Shown here in pieces: positions 37,025-47,115 of a stretch of DNA of 57,630 nt (position 1 is its first letter; every line of letters begins with the position of its first letter). Source of the stretch: an uncultured Thermodesulfobacteriaceae bacterium. Lineage in GTDB: Bacteria > Desulfobacterota > Dissulfuribacteria > Dissulfuribacterales > UBA3076. The notes below the pieces were generated by a model. That model had not been told where the DNA came from and ran no database searches. It worked only from the letters and a program-made list of their open reading frames with translations. The stretch spans positions 1-57,630 of the forward strand of contig CAZYEJ010000007.1 in NCBI GenBank assembly GCA_964646435.1, given 5' to 3'. The position numbers were made by a program, and so were the translations under genes.

Positions 37025-37939
37025 TTATCCCTCCAGTTCCAGGTCTCTGTGTGTAACGATAACCTCCTCATCAATCCCTGTAAATAGTTCTTTTAGATGC
37101 TCTACAATGGCAACACTTCTGTGTCGACCTCCTGTGCATCCTACAGCAATAACAAGATAAGATTTACCTTCATTTCTGTATTCCGGCACAAGGAATTTCA
37201 AAAGGCCTTCGGCGTGTTTAAGAAATTCAATAGTGTTTTTTTTCTCCAAGACATAGGTTCGGACTTCCTGGTCGCAGCCGCTTAAGGGGCGCAGCTCCGG
37301 CTCGAAGTATGGATTTGGCAAGAACCTGACATCCAGGACCAGGTTGGCATCGGCAGGGACCCCATACTTAAAGCCGAATGACAGTATGTGTATCACAAGT
37401 TGATCCAGACGCTTTCTGGGGGAGTAAAGCCTGACAATACCCTGCCTTAGCTGATGAACATTGAAATCTGAGGTATCAAATAATTTGTCGGCACATTCCC
37501 TCAGCCCCATCAGATGTTCCCTCTCAACATGTATTCCTTCAAGGATATTGCCCTTGGGCTTCAAGGGATGCCTGCGGCGAGTTTGGCTGAATCTTCGTAC
37601 CAATACCTCATCCTTTGCATCGAGAAACAGAATTTCGAGATGAAAGCCTTTTTCTTTAATCTGTGTAAAGATAGACTGGTATTGATCAAGGAAACTCTCT
37701 TCTCGCATATCCATCACAAGGGCTACACGGGTGGGCATTGTGGACACATTTTCAGTAAGGGAGAGGAACTCCGGCAAGAGGGCTATCGGAAGATTGTCCA
37801 CACAGTAATAGTCCATATCTTCAAAGGCTTTGAGTGCATTACTCTTACCGGATCCGGACATGCCGGTTATAATTACTGTTTGGACCAGTTTGATCGGCTC
37901 ATCTTTTTGAAACGGGGCTTGTGGGGATTTGTCAGTCAC
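37025..37939 (-). CDS. rapZ: RNase adapter / P-loop protein RapZ
   Basis: GMSGSGKS, DNLP, SFGFKYG, DVRFLPNP, GCTGGRHRSV; probable GTG start 37939. Confidence 0.95.
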   Translation of the reverse strand: MTDKSPQAPFQKDEPIKLVQTVIITGMSGSGKSNALKAFEDMDYYCVDNLPIALLPEFLSLTENVSTMPTRVALVMDMREESFLDQYQSIFTQIKEKGFHLEILFLDAKDEVLVRRFSQTRRRHPLKPKGNILEGIHVEREHLMGLRECADKLFDTSDFNVHQLRQGIVRLYSPRKRLDQLVIHILSFGFKYGVPADANLVLDVRFLPNPYFEPELRPLSGCDQEVRTYVLEKKNTIEFLKHAEGLLKFLVPEYRNEGKSYLVIAVGCTGGRHRSVAIVEHLKELFTGIDEEVIVTHRDLELEG

Positions 37940-38004
37940 TTCTCGTTCTTTGTGTAAAACGCTGTAGGTCTGAGGAACTGTCCGCAAATAAGCTGGACAG
38001 TTCC

Positions 38005-38472
38005 TCAGACCTGACCATCTATTTCTTCTATTACTTTTTGAATGGCACATGCATCCGGCGCTTCCATAATTCGCTTATGCACTTCCTGGGTCTTTAACAC
38101 CCTTGAAACTTGGGCTAATAGTTTGAGATACTGGGTTGCCGAGTTGTCAGGTGCAAGCAAAAGAAACATTATGTGAACCGGACGGTTATCCATTGCATCA
38201 AAAGGGATACCCACTGGGCTCCGGCCGACTAATATGAGCATATGGTCCAGTTCTGGGAGTTTTCCGTGTGGAATTGCCACTCCCCCCCCAATACCTGTAC
38301 TGCCCAGTTGTTCACGTTCATTGAGGACAGATAATACAGCATCCTTGTCCAGGGCGGGCTCTATTTCTGCTACCCTTTTAGCCAGACTGGCCAGCGCCTC
38401 TTCTTTGGATTTGGTATTAAGATCGGGGATGATACATCCGTTGCAAAGAAAATCGAGTATCTTCACTGTCAT
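38005..38472 (-). CDS. ptsN: PTS EIIA-Ntr
   Basis: REQLGSTGIGGGVAIPHGK. Confidence 0.93.
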   Translation of the reverse strand: MTVKILDFLCNGCIIPDLNTKSKEEALASLAKRVAEIEPALDKDAVLSVLNEREQLGSTGIGGGVAIPHGKLPELDHMLILVGRSPVGIPFDAMDNRPVHIMFLLLAPDNSATQYLKLLAQVSRVLKTQEVHKRIMEAPDACAIQKVIEEIDGQV

Positions 38473-39002
38473 TACGGTTCGACTAACCCCAAGGTCCCAT
38501 CCATAAGCCAGTAAAGGACGTTTATTTCGTTGGTCTCAGCGTTGGTGAACATCATAAAGTTTTGATTAAGTGACTGGAACTGAGCCGCTGCTTCCTCAAC
38601 AACCATGGGTTTGGCATCCATTTTTTTTGTGGTGATTATACCCAGGTCCTCTTTTTCTGTTTCGGGAGACGGTGATATGTCTAAAAGGGCCGGTTTGGCT
38701 ATTGGGCCGGATCCTCTCTTGCTGCGGATTTTTTCTTTATATCGCTTTAACTGCTTATAGATTTTGTCAGATACCAGATCTATAGCCGTCCGCATTTCAT
38801 TCTGTTCTTCCTTGGCTGCTGCCCTTACGCCATCTCCTGAAAGCACAACCTCTGCTGTCTGCCTGAATTTCTCCACTGACAAAACGACATTTACATCCAT
38901 GGGACCATCGGCATATTTTTTGAGTTTTTGGAGTCTGTTTTTAGCATATTCGCGCAGTACATCCGAAGGATCCAGGCGCCTAAAAGTCACATTGATTTGC
39001 AT
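38472..39002 (-). CDS. hpf: Long ribosome hibernation promoting factor
   Basis: MQINVTFR...AIDLVSDKI; C-terminal KPMVVEEA domain; downstream of rpoN. Confidence 0.93.
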   Translation of the reverse strand: MQINVTFRRLDPSDVLREYAKNRLQKLKKYADGPMDVNVVLSVEKFRQTAEVVLSGDGVRAAAKEEQNEMRTAIDLVSDKIYKQLKRYKEKIRSKRGSGPIAKPALLDISPSPETEKEDLGIITTKKMDAKPMVVEEAAAQFQSLNQNFMMFTNAETNEINVLYWLMDGTLGLVEP

Positions 39003-39023
39003 ATAATACCTCCAAATGGGGAT

Positions 39024-40511
39024 TTATAGATTACAATTTATTGCAGGTCGCTTGCGACGGCTGGAGGGCAAAATACCCATCAAATCCCTATATTTTGCCA
39101 CAGTTCGTCTTGCAATACGTATATGGTCCTTGGCCAATATTTCCACAATCTGCTTGTCACTGTATGGTTGAATCGGGTCCTCTACCTGGATCATCTGACG
39201 AATCTGTTCTTTTACGCTATAAGATGCCACATCAGAGCCGTCATCCCGGCCCAGGCTCGCACTGAAAAAAAACTTTAGCTCAAAAATACCCTGTGGTGTG
39301 TGGACATATTTATTTGTGGTTACTCTGCTTATGGTGGATTCGTGCATCTCGATGTCATCTGCCACTGTTCTGAGTATTAAAGGCTTGAGATAGGTTATTC
39401 CTTTGTCCAGGAACTCCCTCTGGAACTTTACAATACTCTTCGTGACTCTGTAGATAGTTTTTTGGCGCTGTTGGATGCTGCGAATCAGCCATAGGGCAGA
39501 CTTGAGCTTGCCCTGTATGAAGTCCTTGGCAGAGGAACCGGCAATTCCGTTTTTAATGGCATCGCGATAAAAAGAGCTTATTCTCAGTCTCGGCATACCT
39601 TCGTCATTCAAGGAAACTACATACTCATCGTCTACTTTACAAACATAAATGTCAGGAACAATGTATTGGATTTCCTCATTGCTGAATGATCGCCCAGGAC
39701 AGGGTTCCAAGTTGGTTATTATCTCAATTGCCCGGGCTATTTCCTCCAATGACTGCCCGGTAGCTTTGGCCATAGCTTGATAATTGTGTCGTTCAATATA
39801 GTTAAGGTGCTCACTTACCAGTTCCAAGACCAGCGGGTCATTGATACCCAGATAATCCATCTGAACCAATAAGCATTCTTTAAGATCCCGGGCTGCTACA
39901 CCAACAGGGTCGAAAAACTGGATTTTTTTTAGCACATCCTCTACTTGTTGCGGAGCACACCCCACTTCTTCAGCTATTTCCTCAATTGTAGTCTTGAGAT
40001 AGCCGTTTCGGTCAAGATTGCCGATAATGAGACAGGCATTCTGACGCTCTAAGTCATTGGAGTGTGCCATCTGAAGTTGCCACGTCAGATGTTCACTCAA
40101 ATTTGTGGTGCGAGTGGAGAGATTGTCATAGTTTGGGGCTTCCTTTTTTTCAAAGGAATATGCAGGAAGCGAGGACCTGTTATCTTCGTCCCAAAAATCT
40201 TTCCAATTTATATCTTGAATTGCATTGTCTTCCCAGGGAATTTTTTCAAGTTCAGAGGAAGCCAGAGTTGGAGGTGGGGTCTCGTACGAGTCGGATTCTT
40301 CTTGCAGAGAGTTGCTGAAATCAGTATCATTTGAAGATGAAGCTGCTTCCGATTCAGATTCCTCCAAGACCGGATTAATTTCTAATTCCTGGTCAATCGT
40401 TTCGATTAGTTCAACCTGGGAGAGCTGAAGCAGTTTAATAGCTTGCTGTAACTGGGGGGTCATTACCAGTTGCTGTGTCAGCTTAAGTTGCTGTCGAAAT
40501 TCTAGGGCCAT
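39024..40511 (-). CDS. rpoN: RNA polymerase sigma-54 factor
   Basis: MTPQLQQAIKLLQ, HESTISR, RpoN box ARRTVAKYR. Confidence 0.98.
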   Translation of the reverse strand: MALEFRQQLKLTQQLVMTPQLQQAIKLLQLSQVELIETIDQELEINPVLEESESEAASSSNDTDFSNSLQEESDSYETPPPTLASSELEKIPWEDNAIQDINWKDFWDEDNRSSLPAYSFEKKEAPNYDNLSTRTTNLSEHLTWQLQMAHSNDLERQNACLIIGNLDRNGYLKTTIEEIAEEVGCAPQQVEDVLKKIQFFDPVGVAARDLKECLLVQMDYLGINDPLVLELVSEHLNYIERHNYQAMAKATGQSLEEIARAIEIITNLEPCPGRSFSNEEIQYIVPDIYVCKVDDEYVVSLNDEGMPRLRISSFYRDAIKNGIAGSSAKDFIQGKLKSALWLIRSIQQRQKTIYRVTKSIVKFQREFLDKGITYLKPLILRTVADDIEMHESTISRVTTNKYVHTPQGIFELKFFFSASLGRDDGSDVASYSVKEQIRQMIQVEDPIQPYSDKQIVEILAKDHIRIARRTVAKYRDLMGILPSSRRKRPAINCNL

Positions 40512-40537
40512 AAAAAATTAGATAAACCATAACCGGC

Positions 40538-41260
40538 TTACAGTTTAAAGTTTTCTCCCAAATATATTCTCCGTGCCAGATCGCTTGAGGCGATGTGTTC
40601 AGGAGTACCCTCTTCGTTAATAACTCCTAAATTAACAATATAGGCCCAATCACATACAGTCAAGGTTTCGCGAACGTTGTGGTCTGAAATGAAGACTCCT
40701 ATTCCCCTGGCCTTCAAGTCCCGTATTATCTTTTGCAGGTCGGAGACAGCTAGGGGATCAACGCCTGCAAAGGGTTCGTCAAGCAGAATAAACGAGGGGT
40801 CGGTAGCAAGTGCCCGCATAACTTCCACACGTCTCCGTTCTCCTCCAGAAAGCGACTGTGCCTGTTGATCCGCGAGGGCGGAGAGTCCCATGTCATCTAA
40901 GAGTTCAAGGGTCTTGCTTTCTATTTCCTGGCGAGAGAGCCCCTTTATTTCCAATACAAGGCGGATGTTATCAGCAACTGACAGTTTCCTGAATACCGAT
41001 GGCTCTTGAGGTAAATAGGTTATGCCTTTACGAGCCCGTTTGTGCATAGGTAAATCGGTTATATCTTCCCCATCAAACGAAACTTTCCCTTCGTCGGGTC
41101 TGATGAGGCCGGCGATCATATAGAATATAGTGGTTTTGCCGGCACCATTTGGGCCCAGCAGACCTACTATGCTATGGTCTGATAACTCAAGGCTTACGCC
41201 ATTGACCGCCGGCCGGCCACGAAAACGCTTTACCAGTTTTTCTACGTTCAATTTGCTCAT
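40538..41260 (-). CDS. lptB: LPS export ABC ATPase
   Basis: GPNGAGKT, YLPQEPSVFR, LSGGERRR, LLDEPFAGVDP, DHNVRETL. Confidence 0.96.
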   Translation of the reverse strand: MSKLNVEKLVKRFRGRPAVNGVSLELSDHSIVGLLGPNGAGKTTIFYMIAGLIRPDEGKVSFDGEDITDLPMHKRARKGITYLPQEPSVFRKLSVADNIRLVLEIKGLSRQEIESKTLELLDDMGLSALADQQAQSLSGGERRRVEVMRALATDPSFILLDEPFAGVDPLAVSDLQKIIRDLKARGIGVFISDHNVRETLTVCDWAYIVNLGVINEEGTPEHIASSDLARRIYLGENFKL

Positions 41261-41278
41261 AGATAACCTGAGAGGTGA

Positions 41279-41848
41279 TTATTCATTTGGATAGACAACC
41301 GCCCTAACCTTTGTTTCACTGCTTCCTTTAACTACACTTCGATCTTCATTAATAAAAAAGATAATCCGTTCTCCACTCACACGGTTAAGGCCCTCCGAAA
41401 CTTGGGCCCTACCTGTAATAGTTATTTTTTCAGCAGGTTTATCGTAGATAGCCTGTTTTCCTGTACCGACCCGCTCACCCTGGATTATACGTACATGACC
41501 TGTGGCCACGATTTTTTTAACAGTCTTTTTTGTTTCTCCCCCCTGTTTTCTTTTTTCATAAAAGACCTCGAGTTTGTCAGAATATATTGTAAGATCACCT
41601 CTGGTGGCCTTCACATGCCCGGTGAACACCACGATACCGGATTTATCCATCGACTCCATCAGGTCACTCTCTATATTTATTGGGAGTTTGCCCCCACTTG
41701 TCGTACCGGCAGGTGGAGTATCCGGGGTGTCCAACTGGGCCATAGCCATCGAGCATTGAAAATGCATAAAAATAAGGATACAAAACCAGATAGCTGAATT
41801 TCTAACCTTGCTCATTTGCTGGCGTACACAAAAAATTTGAAACTTCAT
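41279..41848 (-). CDS. lptA: LPS transport periplasmic protein
   Basis: OstA-like beta-jellyroll pattern (PINIESD...FTGHV...IVATGHV); synteny. Confidence 0.88.
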   Translation of the reverse strand: MKFQIFCVRQQMSKVRNSAIWFCILIFMHFQCSMAMAQLDTPDTPPAGTTSGGKLPINIESDLMESMDKSGIVVFTGHVKATRGDLTIYSDKLEVFYEKRKQGGETKKTVKKIVATGHVRIIQGERVGTGKQAIYDKPAEKITITGRAQVSEGLNRVSGERIIFFINEDRSVVKGSSETKVRAVVYPNE

Positions 41849-41892
41849 TATGATTCCTCATAGGCGTTCAAGGGTTCAGGGTTACATTCCCC

Positions 41893-42459
41893 TTAAGGTT
41901 CCAGCTCGCCGTTTTCCGGCAGGACAGTCGTCTGTCTCTTTACTGTGAGTTTACCCTTTTGAAGATCGTACTCAAGCCCTTCGCCCTTCATTTCTAGTCT
42001 GTCTCCTTTGATAAGTACTTTGTCCTTGGTCCAGATAAGTCTTTTTTTCTGACTGAAGCACATAGTTTCTGAAAAGAGCGTAGAGCCATCTTCAGAGTGT
42101 ATTTTTACATCGCCATTTAGTGACATTTCATCATTACCGATTCTGTACACGCCTGAATCAGCAGTGACAATAGCATGACCTCCTCCAGTAGGGAAAAACT
42201 TTATTTTTATCCTTTCCAGGTCCATGATGTTTTTGTCCTCATAAAGTTGGGCTACATTTGCCTTTAGGACCCACTGGATCTTTTCGCCTATGTTTCTCGT
42301 GTAACGAATACCTCCAAGGGTAAGATCAGCCTTCATTTCTTTGAAATCCGTGGTCCATAGATCACTGGTACTCTTGCTTTGTTGCCACGGCATCCAAAGA
42401 GCTATCAAAGAAAGGACGGCAGCAAGTATCCAGAATAGATGTTGTTGCTCGAGTTTCAT
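41893..42459 (-). CDS. lptC: LPS export protein LptC
   Basis: N-terminal TM followed by beta-rich domain; kdsC-lptC-lptA synteny. Confidence 0.85.
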   Translation of the reverse strand: MKLEQQHLFWILAAVLSLIALWMPWQQSKSTSDLWTTDFKEMKADLTLGGIRYTRNIGEKIQWVLKANVAQLYEDKNIMDLERIKIKFFPTGGGHAIVTADSGVYRIGNDEMSLNGDVKIHSEDGSTLFSETMCFSQKKRLIWTKDKVLIKGDRLEMKGEGLEYDLQKGKLTVKRQTTVLPENGELEP

Positions 42460-42489
42460 GCGTTGGCCATTGGTTTTGCAGGATATTCC

Positions 42490-42518
42490 GTGTCTGAACG
42501 GAAAGGCAGTTCAGACAC
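42490..42518. repeat. 29-bp hairpin, family E
   Basis: GTGTCTGAAC-GGAAAGGCA-GTTCAGACAC. Confidence 0.6.
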
Positions 42519-42525
42519 ATTACCA

Positions 42526-43086
42526 TCAGGGGGTGGGGTTAAGGTAATGATTCAGGAATTCACTTCTCCTGTTTTGGGCCTTGAGGATCAGTTCGCAGAC
42601 TTCCCTAACCGCACCCCTTCCCCCTGCTTGTTGTGTAACATAATCAGCATAATCTTCCATAGATTGTGCGGCATCGGCAACTACTATGGCAAGACCCGCT
42701 TTCTGAAGAAGGGGTAGATCCACCCAGTCGTCTCCTATGTATGCAATTTCTTCATCTTCTATCCCCAGCTTTTCCTTTATTCCCTCATATACTTCTGTTT
42801 TGTCAGGCAGTCCTTGATATACCAACTTTATGCCTAATTCCTCGGCCCTGATAGCAAGGGCACGAGAAGAACGGGAACTGAGAATTGCTACATGGATTCC
42901 CGCCAGACCAAGGAGCTTAAGGCCAAGGCCATCGTGAACATGAAAATTCTGCACCTGTTCCCCTTGAGAGGTATATACAATACTTCCGTCGGTCAGTACT
43001 CCGTCAACATCCAACGCAAGAAGGCGGATGTTACCGGCCTTTGTCATGAGCAGTTCTTTATCTATATGTGCCATCTGAAAATGCAA
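42526..43086 (-). CDS. kdsC: KDO 8-phosphate phosphatase
   Basis: LDVDGVLTDG, YIGDD, GGRGAVRE. Confidence 0.95.
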   Translation of the reverse strand: MHFQMAHIDKELLMTKAGNIRLLALDVDGVLTDGSIVYTSQGEQVQNFHVHDGLGLKLLGLAGIHVAILSSRSSRALAIRAEELGIKLVYQGLPDKTEVYEGIKEKLGIEDEEIAYIGDDWVDLPLLQKAGLAIVVADAAQSMEDYADYVTQQAGGRGAVREVCELILKAQNRRSEFLNHYLNPTP

Positions 43087-43149
43087 TGTTAAATTTTAAA
43101 TTTTGAATTGTGGAAAAAGAGTTAAAAAACATATACCTTAATTCAAAAT

Positions 43150-43986
43150 TCAGTCTACCGCCTGCCTAATCCTGGAAAGAATCTTCAGCAGGTCTGCCGC
43201 AGCTTCAAGGGAGAGACTGTTGGGGCCGTCACAAAGGGCCTTGTCCGGATTTGGGTGGACCTCCAGAAAGATTCCATCCACTCCTGCTGCCATTGCAGCC
43301 CTGGCAAGGGTGGACACGAATTCCCTCTGGCCTGATGAGCACCCATCCCCACCGCCAGGGAGTTGAACACTGTGTGTGGCGTCAAAGACCACGGGAAACC
43401 CGATTTCCCTCATTATAGCCAGACTTCGCATGTCAACCACCAGATTATTGTAGCCAAAAGAGGTGCCCCTTTCAGTGAGGATAATCTGGTCATTTCCACT
43501 CTTTTTTATCTTGGCAACTGCGTATCTCATGTCCCACGGGGCCATGAACTGCCCCTTCTTGATGTTGATTGGAAGACGGGTTCGGGCTGCTGCCACCAGA
43601 AGATCTGTCTGTCTGCAAAGAAAGGCAGGTATCTGTATACAGTCAAGGACAGTTGCGGCTGCCTCTACCTGGTCCGGAGTGTGGACATCTGAAATCACCG
43701 GAACATTCAGTTTCTCCTTGATGGCAGAGAGCATCTCAATGCCTTCAGCCACTCCTGGTCCTCTGTATGACCTTATAGATGTCCTGTTTGCCTTGTCGAA
43801 GGATGCCTTGAATAGATAGGAAAACCCATAATCCCCGGCAGCCTGGGCCATAAAGGCGCCGATGGAAATGGCGGTTTCAATGTCTTCCAGCACGCAGGGT
43901 CCTGCAATAAGTAAAGGCGGTTGTCCTGAACCAACGCCGATTCCGGCTATATGCACGTTTGCTACTTGGATATCTTTTGTACTCAT
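43150..43986 (-). CDS. kdsA: KDO 8-phosphate synthase
   Basis: IAGPC, KASFDKANRTS, IPAFLCRQTD, DATHSVQ. Confidence 0.97.
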   Translation of the reverse strand: MSTKDIQVANVHIAGIGVGSGQPPLLIAGPCVLEDIETAISIGAFMAQAAGDYGFSYLFKASFDKANRTSIRSYRGPGVAEGIEMLSAIKEKLNVPVISDVHTPDQVEAAATVLDCIQIPAFLCRQTDLLVAAARTRLPINIKKGQFMAPWDMRYAVAKIKKSGNDQIILTERGTSFGYNNLVVDMRSLAIMREIGFPVVFDATHSVQLPGGGDGCSSGQREFVSTLARAAMAAGVDGIFLEVHPNPDKALCDGPNSLSLEAAADLLKILSRIRQAVD

Positions 43987-44017
43987 TGTCTTAGCTTTCA
44001 GCTTTTTTGCAAATACT

Positions 44018-44127
44018 GTAAACGTTTACAGGATGCTGTAGATGCAAGGCGTACGGGTACGCAGACGTACTTCGTGTACTTCAAGTGCCCGACAACAAAG
44101 CAGATGTGGTGCCCTGTAAACGCTTAC
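44018..44127. mobile_element. 110-bp family A element inserted in the 3' end of pyrG
   Basis: TIRs GTAAACGTTTACAGG / CCTGTAAACGCTTAC; supplies the last pyrG codons and stop. Confidence 0.88.
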
Positions 44128-45745
44128 CAAGTGCAGCCTGTATAAATGCCGCAAACAGGGGATGGGGATCAAGGGGCCTGGATTTGAACTCGGGATGGAA
44201 TTGACAGACGAGAAACCATGGATGTTCCGGTATTTCAATAATTTCCACCAATTCACCATTGGGACTCAGTCCGGCGAACCTGATCCCAGCGTCCTCAAGG
44301 GCCTTGCGATAGGAATTGTTGAACTCGTACCTGTGGCGGTGCCTTTCGGAGATCTGTTCGACCCCATAGGCGGCATATGCCTTGCTGTCCATGGCCAACC
44401 GGCATGGATATGCGCCAAGGCGCATAGTGCCTCCCTTATCAGTGTTCTCATCTCTTTTTTGTATTTTATCAGCGCGGTAGTCGTACCATTCTTTCATCAG
44501 GTAGATTACCGGATCAGATGTGGTAGGATCGAATTCAGTGCTGTCAGCCAGGGGCAGCCCGGCCACGTTTCGGGCAAATTCTACAACTGCCAACTGCATG
44601 CCCAGACAGATGCCGAAAAAAGGCACCTTGTTTTCTCTGGCATAAGTAATGGCCTCAAATTTTCCAGGTATTCCCCTTGAGCCAAATCCCCCCGGGACCA
44701 AGATCCCATCGGCTTTTGAAAGCCGGTTTACCAGCTCTTCGCCCCTTGTTTCCTCTGAGTTCACAAAATCTATTTCGACTTCGGAGCTGTTTGCAACACC
44801 CCCGTGGAACAGTGCCTCATTCAGGCTTTTGTAGGACTCCCTGAGGTTCACATACTTACCAACCATAGCAATCCGCACTTTGTGCTGTGGTTCCTTAACT
44901 TTGGCAAGAAGGTCCTCCCACTCGGTAAGCACAGGTTCCCTTGTCCACATGTTAAGGGATTCGATGATTCGTTCGTCTAGCCCTTGCTCGTGAAATCGTA
45001 TCGGCACTTCATAGATGCACTTTACGTCTTTGGCTGCAATAACCCGGTTTTCTTCTACGTTGCAGAATAATGATATCTTGGACTTAATGTCCGGTGAAAG
45101 ATCAATCTGAGTGCGGCAGAGCAGGATGTCCGGCTGAATCCCTATGGATAACAGTTCTTTTACGCTGTGTTGTGTTGGTTTTGTTTTAAGTTCACCTGCT
45201 GCCTGGATATAGGGCACATAGGTCAAATGGATATAAAGGGTATTTTTAGTACCCAGGTCGCTCCTTAACTGTCTGATAGCCTCCAGAAACGGCAGGCCTT
45301 CAATGTCCCCTATTGTGCCTCCTATTTCAATAATGGCTATATCTGCCTCACCATTTAATTGGAGAATCGCCTGTTTGATCTCGTCAGTTATGTGAGGGAT
45401 GACCTGGACCGTACCTCCAAGGTAGTCTCCCCTTCGCTCCTTTGTGATAACACTATAATAAATACGTCCTGAAGTGTAGTTGTGCCTCTGCCCCAGCTTT
45501 GCATGGGTGTAACGCTCGTAATGCCCGAGATCCAGATCTGTTTCAGTACCATCGTCTGTCACAAATACCTCGCCGTGCTGGAAAGGGTTCATGGTGCCGG
45601 GATCCACGTTGATGTATGGGTCCAGCTTCTGAATAGTGATCCGAAGCCCCCTGGCCTCGAGCAATGCCCCTATGGAAGCTGCCGCCAGGCCTTTCCCCAG
45701 AGATGAGAGTACCCCTCCTGTGATAAAAATGAACTTTGTTGTCAT
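44081..45745 (-). CDS. pyrG: CTP synthase
   Basis: [43 protein letters not shown]. Confidence 0.98.
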   Translation of the reverse strand: MTTKFIFITGGVLSSLGKGLAAASIGALLEARGLRITIQKLDPYINVDPGTMNPFQHGEVFVTDDGTETDLDLGHYERYTHAKLGQRHNYTSGRIYYSVITKERRGDYLGGTVQVIPHITDEIKQAILQLNGEADIAIIEIGGTIGDIEGLPFLEAIRQLRSDLGTKNTLYIHLTYVPYIQAAGELKTKPTQHSVKELLSIGIQPDILLCRTQIDLSPDIKSKISLFCNVEENRVIAAKDVKCIYEVPIRFHEQGLDERIIESLNMWTREPVLTEWEDLLAKVKEPQHKVRIAMVGKYVNLRESYKSLNEALFHGGVANSSEVEIDFVNSEETRGEELVNRLSKADGILVPGGFGSRGIPGKFEAITYARENKVPFFGICLGMQLAVVEFARNVAGLPLADSTEFDPTTSDPVIYLMKEWYDYRADKIQKRDENTDKGGTMRLGAYPCRLAMDSKAYAAYGVEQISERHRHRYEFNNSYRKALEDAGIRFAGLSPNGELVEIIEIPEHPWFLVCQFHPEFKSRPLDPHPLFAAFIQAALGKRLQGTTSALLSGT

Positions 45746-45794
45746 ATTTATAAAATCCTATGCAGATAAAGGGTTATATCATTCGAACAGTTAG

Positions 45795-45879
45795 GAATTC
45801 TTATACCTCTTCGCAGGATTACAACGCCTGTTTTACCGCAACCCACCTAACTGTAAGCGTTTGCGAATTCTTATACCTC
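45795..45879. repeat. Repeat fragment flanked by 15-bp direct repeats
   Basis: GAATTCTTATACCTC at 45795 and 45865; the interior matches about 1255-1294. Confidence 0.7.
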
Positions 45880-45932
45880 ATCAGAGACCAAAACCTGATG
45901 TTTTGCAAGCGGTTTCCAAGGCAAATTATTTC

Positions 45933-46577
45933 TTACACTGCCATACGGAGCAAGGCATTGACTATTGCTATTGCCACAGTACTGCCACCCTTTCGTCCCA
46001 GGGCCGTAATGTAGGAAACGTTTTGCTTCAGCAGAAGTTCCTTGGACTCAGCGGCGTTCACAAATCCTACAGGTACGCCGATTATTAGATCCGGCCTGAA
46101 CTGCCCTGAGGACACCAGTTCTATAATTCGCAAGAGGGCGGTCGGAGCATTGCCGATTGCCACAATCCCCACATCATCCCCGGCCCCAAGGGTCATGGCA
46201 GCCTTGGCTTTGGTACAACCAAGGTCTTTTGCCATCTCTATGCACTCCCTGGTCTTAATAGGAGCCACCACTTTTACGCCTAAGAATTTTATTATGCCGG
46301 GACTTATACCGGCAGCTACCATTCCAACATCCACGAGTATGGATCTACCTGCCAGTAAGGCCTTTATCCCATTTTTTATTGCAGCAGGATGAAACCTGAC
46401 ATTTTCAGCAAAATCAAAATCAGCCGTGGCGTGGATAATTCTGTAAACCACGGGGAGTTCCTTGTCATTGAAAGTAGTGGGACCCAGTTCCTGAGCGATG
46501 ATTTCCATACTCCTGGCCTCAATCTCATCCCCGGGAAGACCTGACACTCCCTCCATACTGACATTTTCAGCCCTCAT
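45933..46577 (-). CDS. cobH: Precorrin-8X/cobalt-precorrin-8 methylmutase
   Basis: IEARSMEII, RIIHATAD, IGNAPTAL, PVGFVNAAESK, GRKGGS. Confidence 0.95.
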   Translation of the reverse strand: MRAENVSMEGVSGLPGDEIEARSMEIIAQELGPTTFNDKELPVVYRIIHATADFDFAENVRFHPAAIKNGIKALLAGRSILVDVGMVAAGISPGIIKFLGVKVVAPIKTRECIEMAKDLGCTKAKAAMTLGAGDDVGIVAIGNAPTALLRIIELVSSGQFRPDLIIGVPVGFVNAAESKELLLKQNVSYITALGRKGGSTVAIAIVNALLRMAV

Positions 46578-47098
46578 TTTTCTATCCCTTCCCTTGCCCT
46601 CACTCCCTTACTGAAATAATGTTTTATCATTCGTGCTTCTGTTACCAGATCGGCTCGCTCCATTATTTCTTTAGTCGCCCATTTCCCGGTAAGTACGAGT
46701 TCTACATCTTGAGGCCGTTTTTCTAAAAGGCTTATTATGCTTTCCAACGGGATGAGCCCGAAGTGAACAGCCACATTTATTTCATCAAGTACGATCAGGT
46801 CATATTTTCCATCTTCCATTACCTGCATTATTTCACTAAGGCCGGTCCGGGCCATTTCTATCTCTTTCTCTGAGGGTCTTCCTTTAGTAAATCTGCCTAA
46901 GCCGTATTGATGAATGGTGACCTGGTCCCCAAATTTTTTAAGGGCCTTTATTTCACTGAATTCGCCATGTTTCAGAAACTGGGTAAACAATACCCTCCAG
47001 CCGGCTCCAACTGACCGGAGGACTAGCCCAAGAGCGGCAGTAGTCTTCCCCTTTCCGTTCCCGGTATAGACGTGGACATAACGCGTTTCTTTCTGCAA
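46574..47098 (-). CDS. cobO: Cob(I)alamin adenosyltransferase (CobA/CobO/BtuR)
   Basis: YTGNGKGKTTAALG, QFLK, LDEI, ELVLTG, KHY. Confidence 0.93.
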   Translation of the reverse strand: MQKETRYVHVYTGNGKGKTTAALGLVLRSVGAGWRVLFTQFLKHGEFSEIKALKKFGDQVTIHQYGLGRFTKGRPSEKEIEMARTGLSEIMQVMEDGKYDLIVLDEINVAVHFGLIPLESIISLLEKRPQDVELVLTGKWATKEIMERADLVTEARMIKHYFSKGVRAREGIEK

Positions 47099-47115
47099 GT
47101 GTCTCCTTTGGATTT

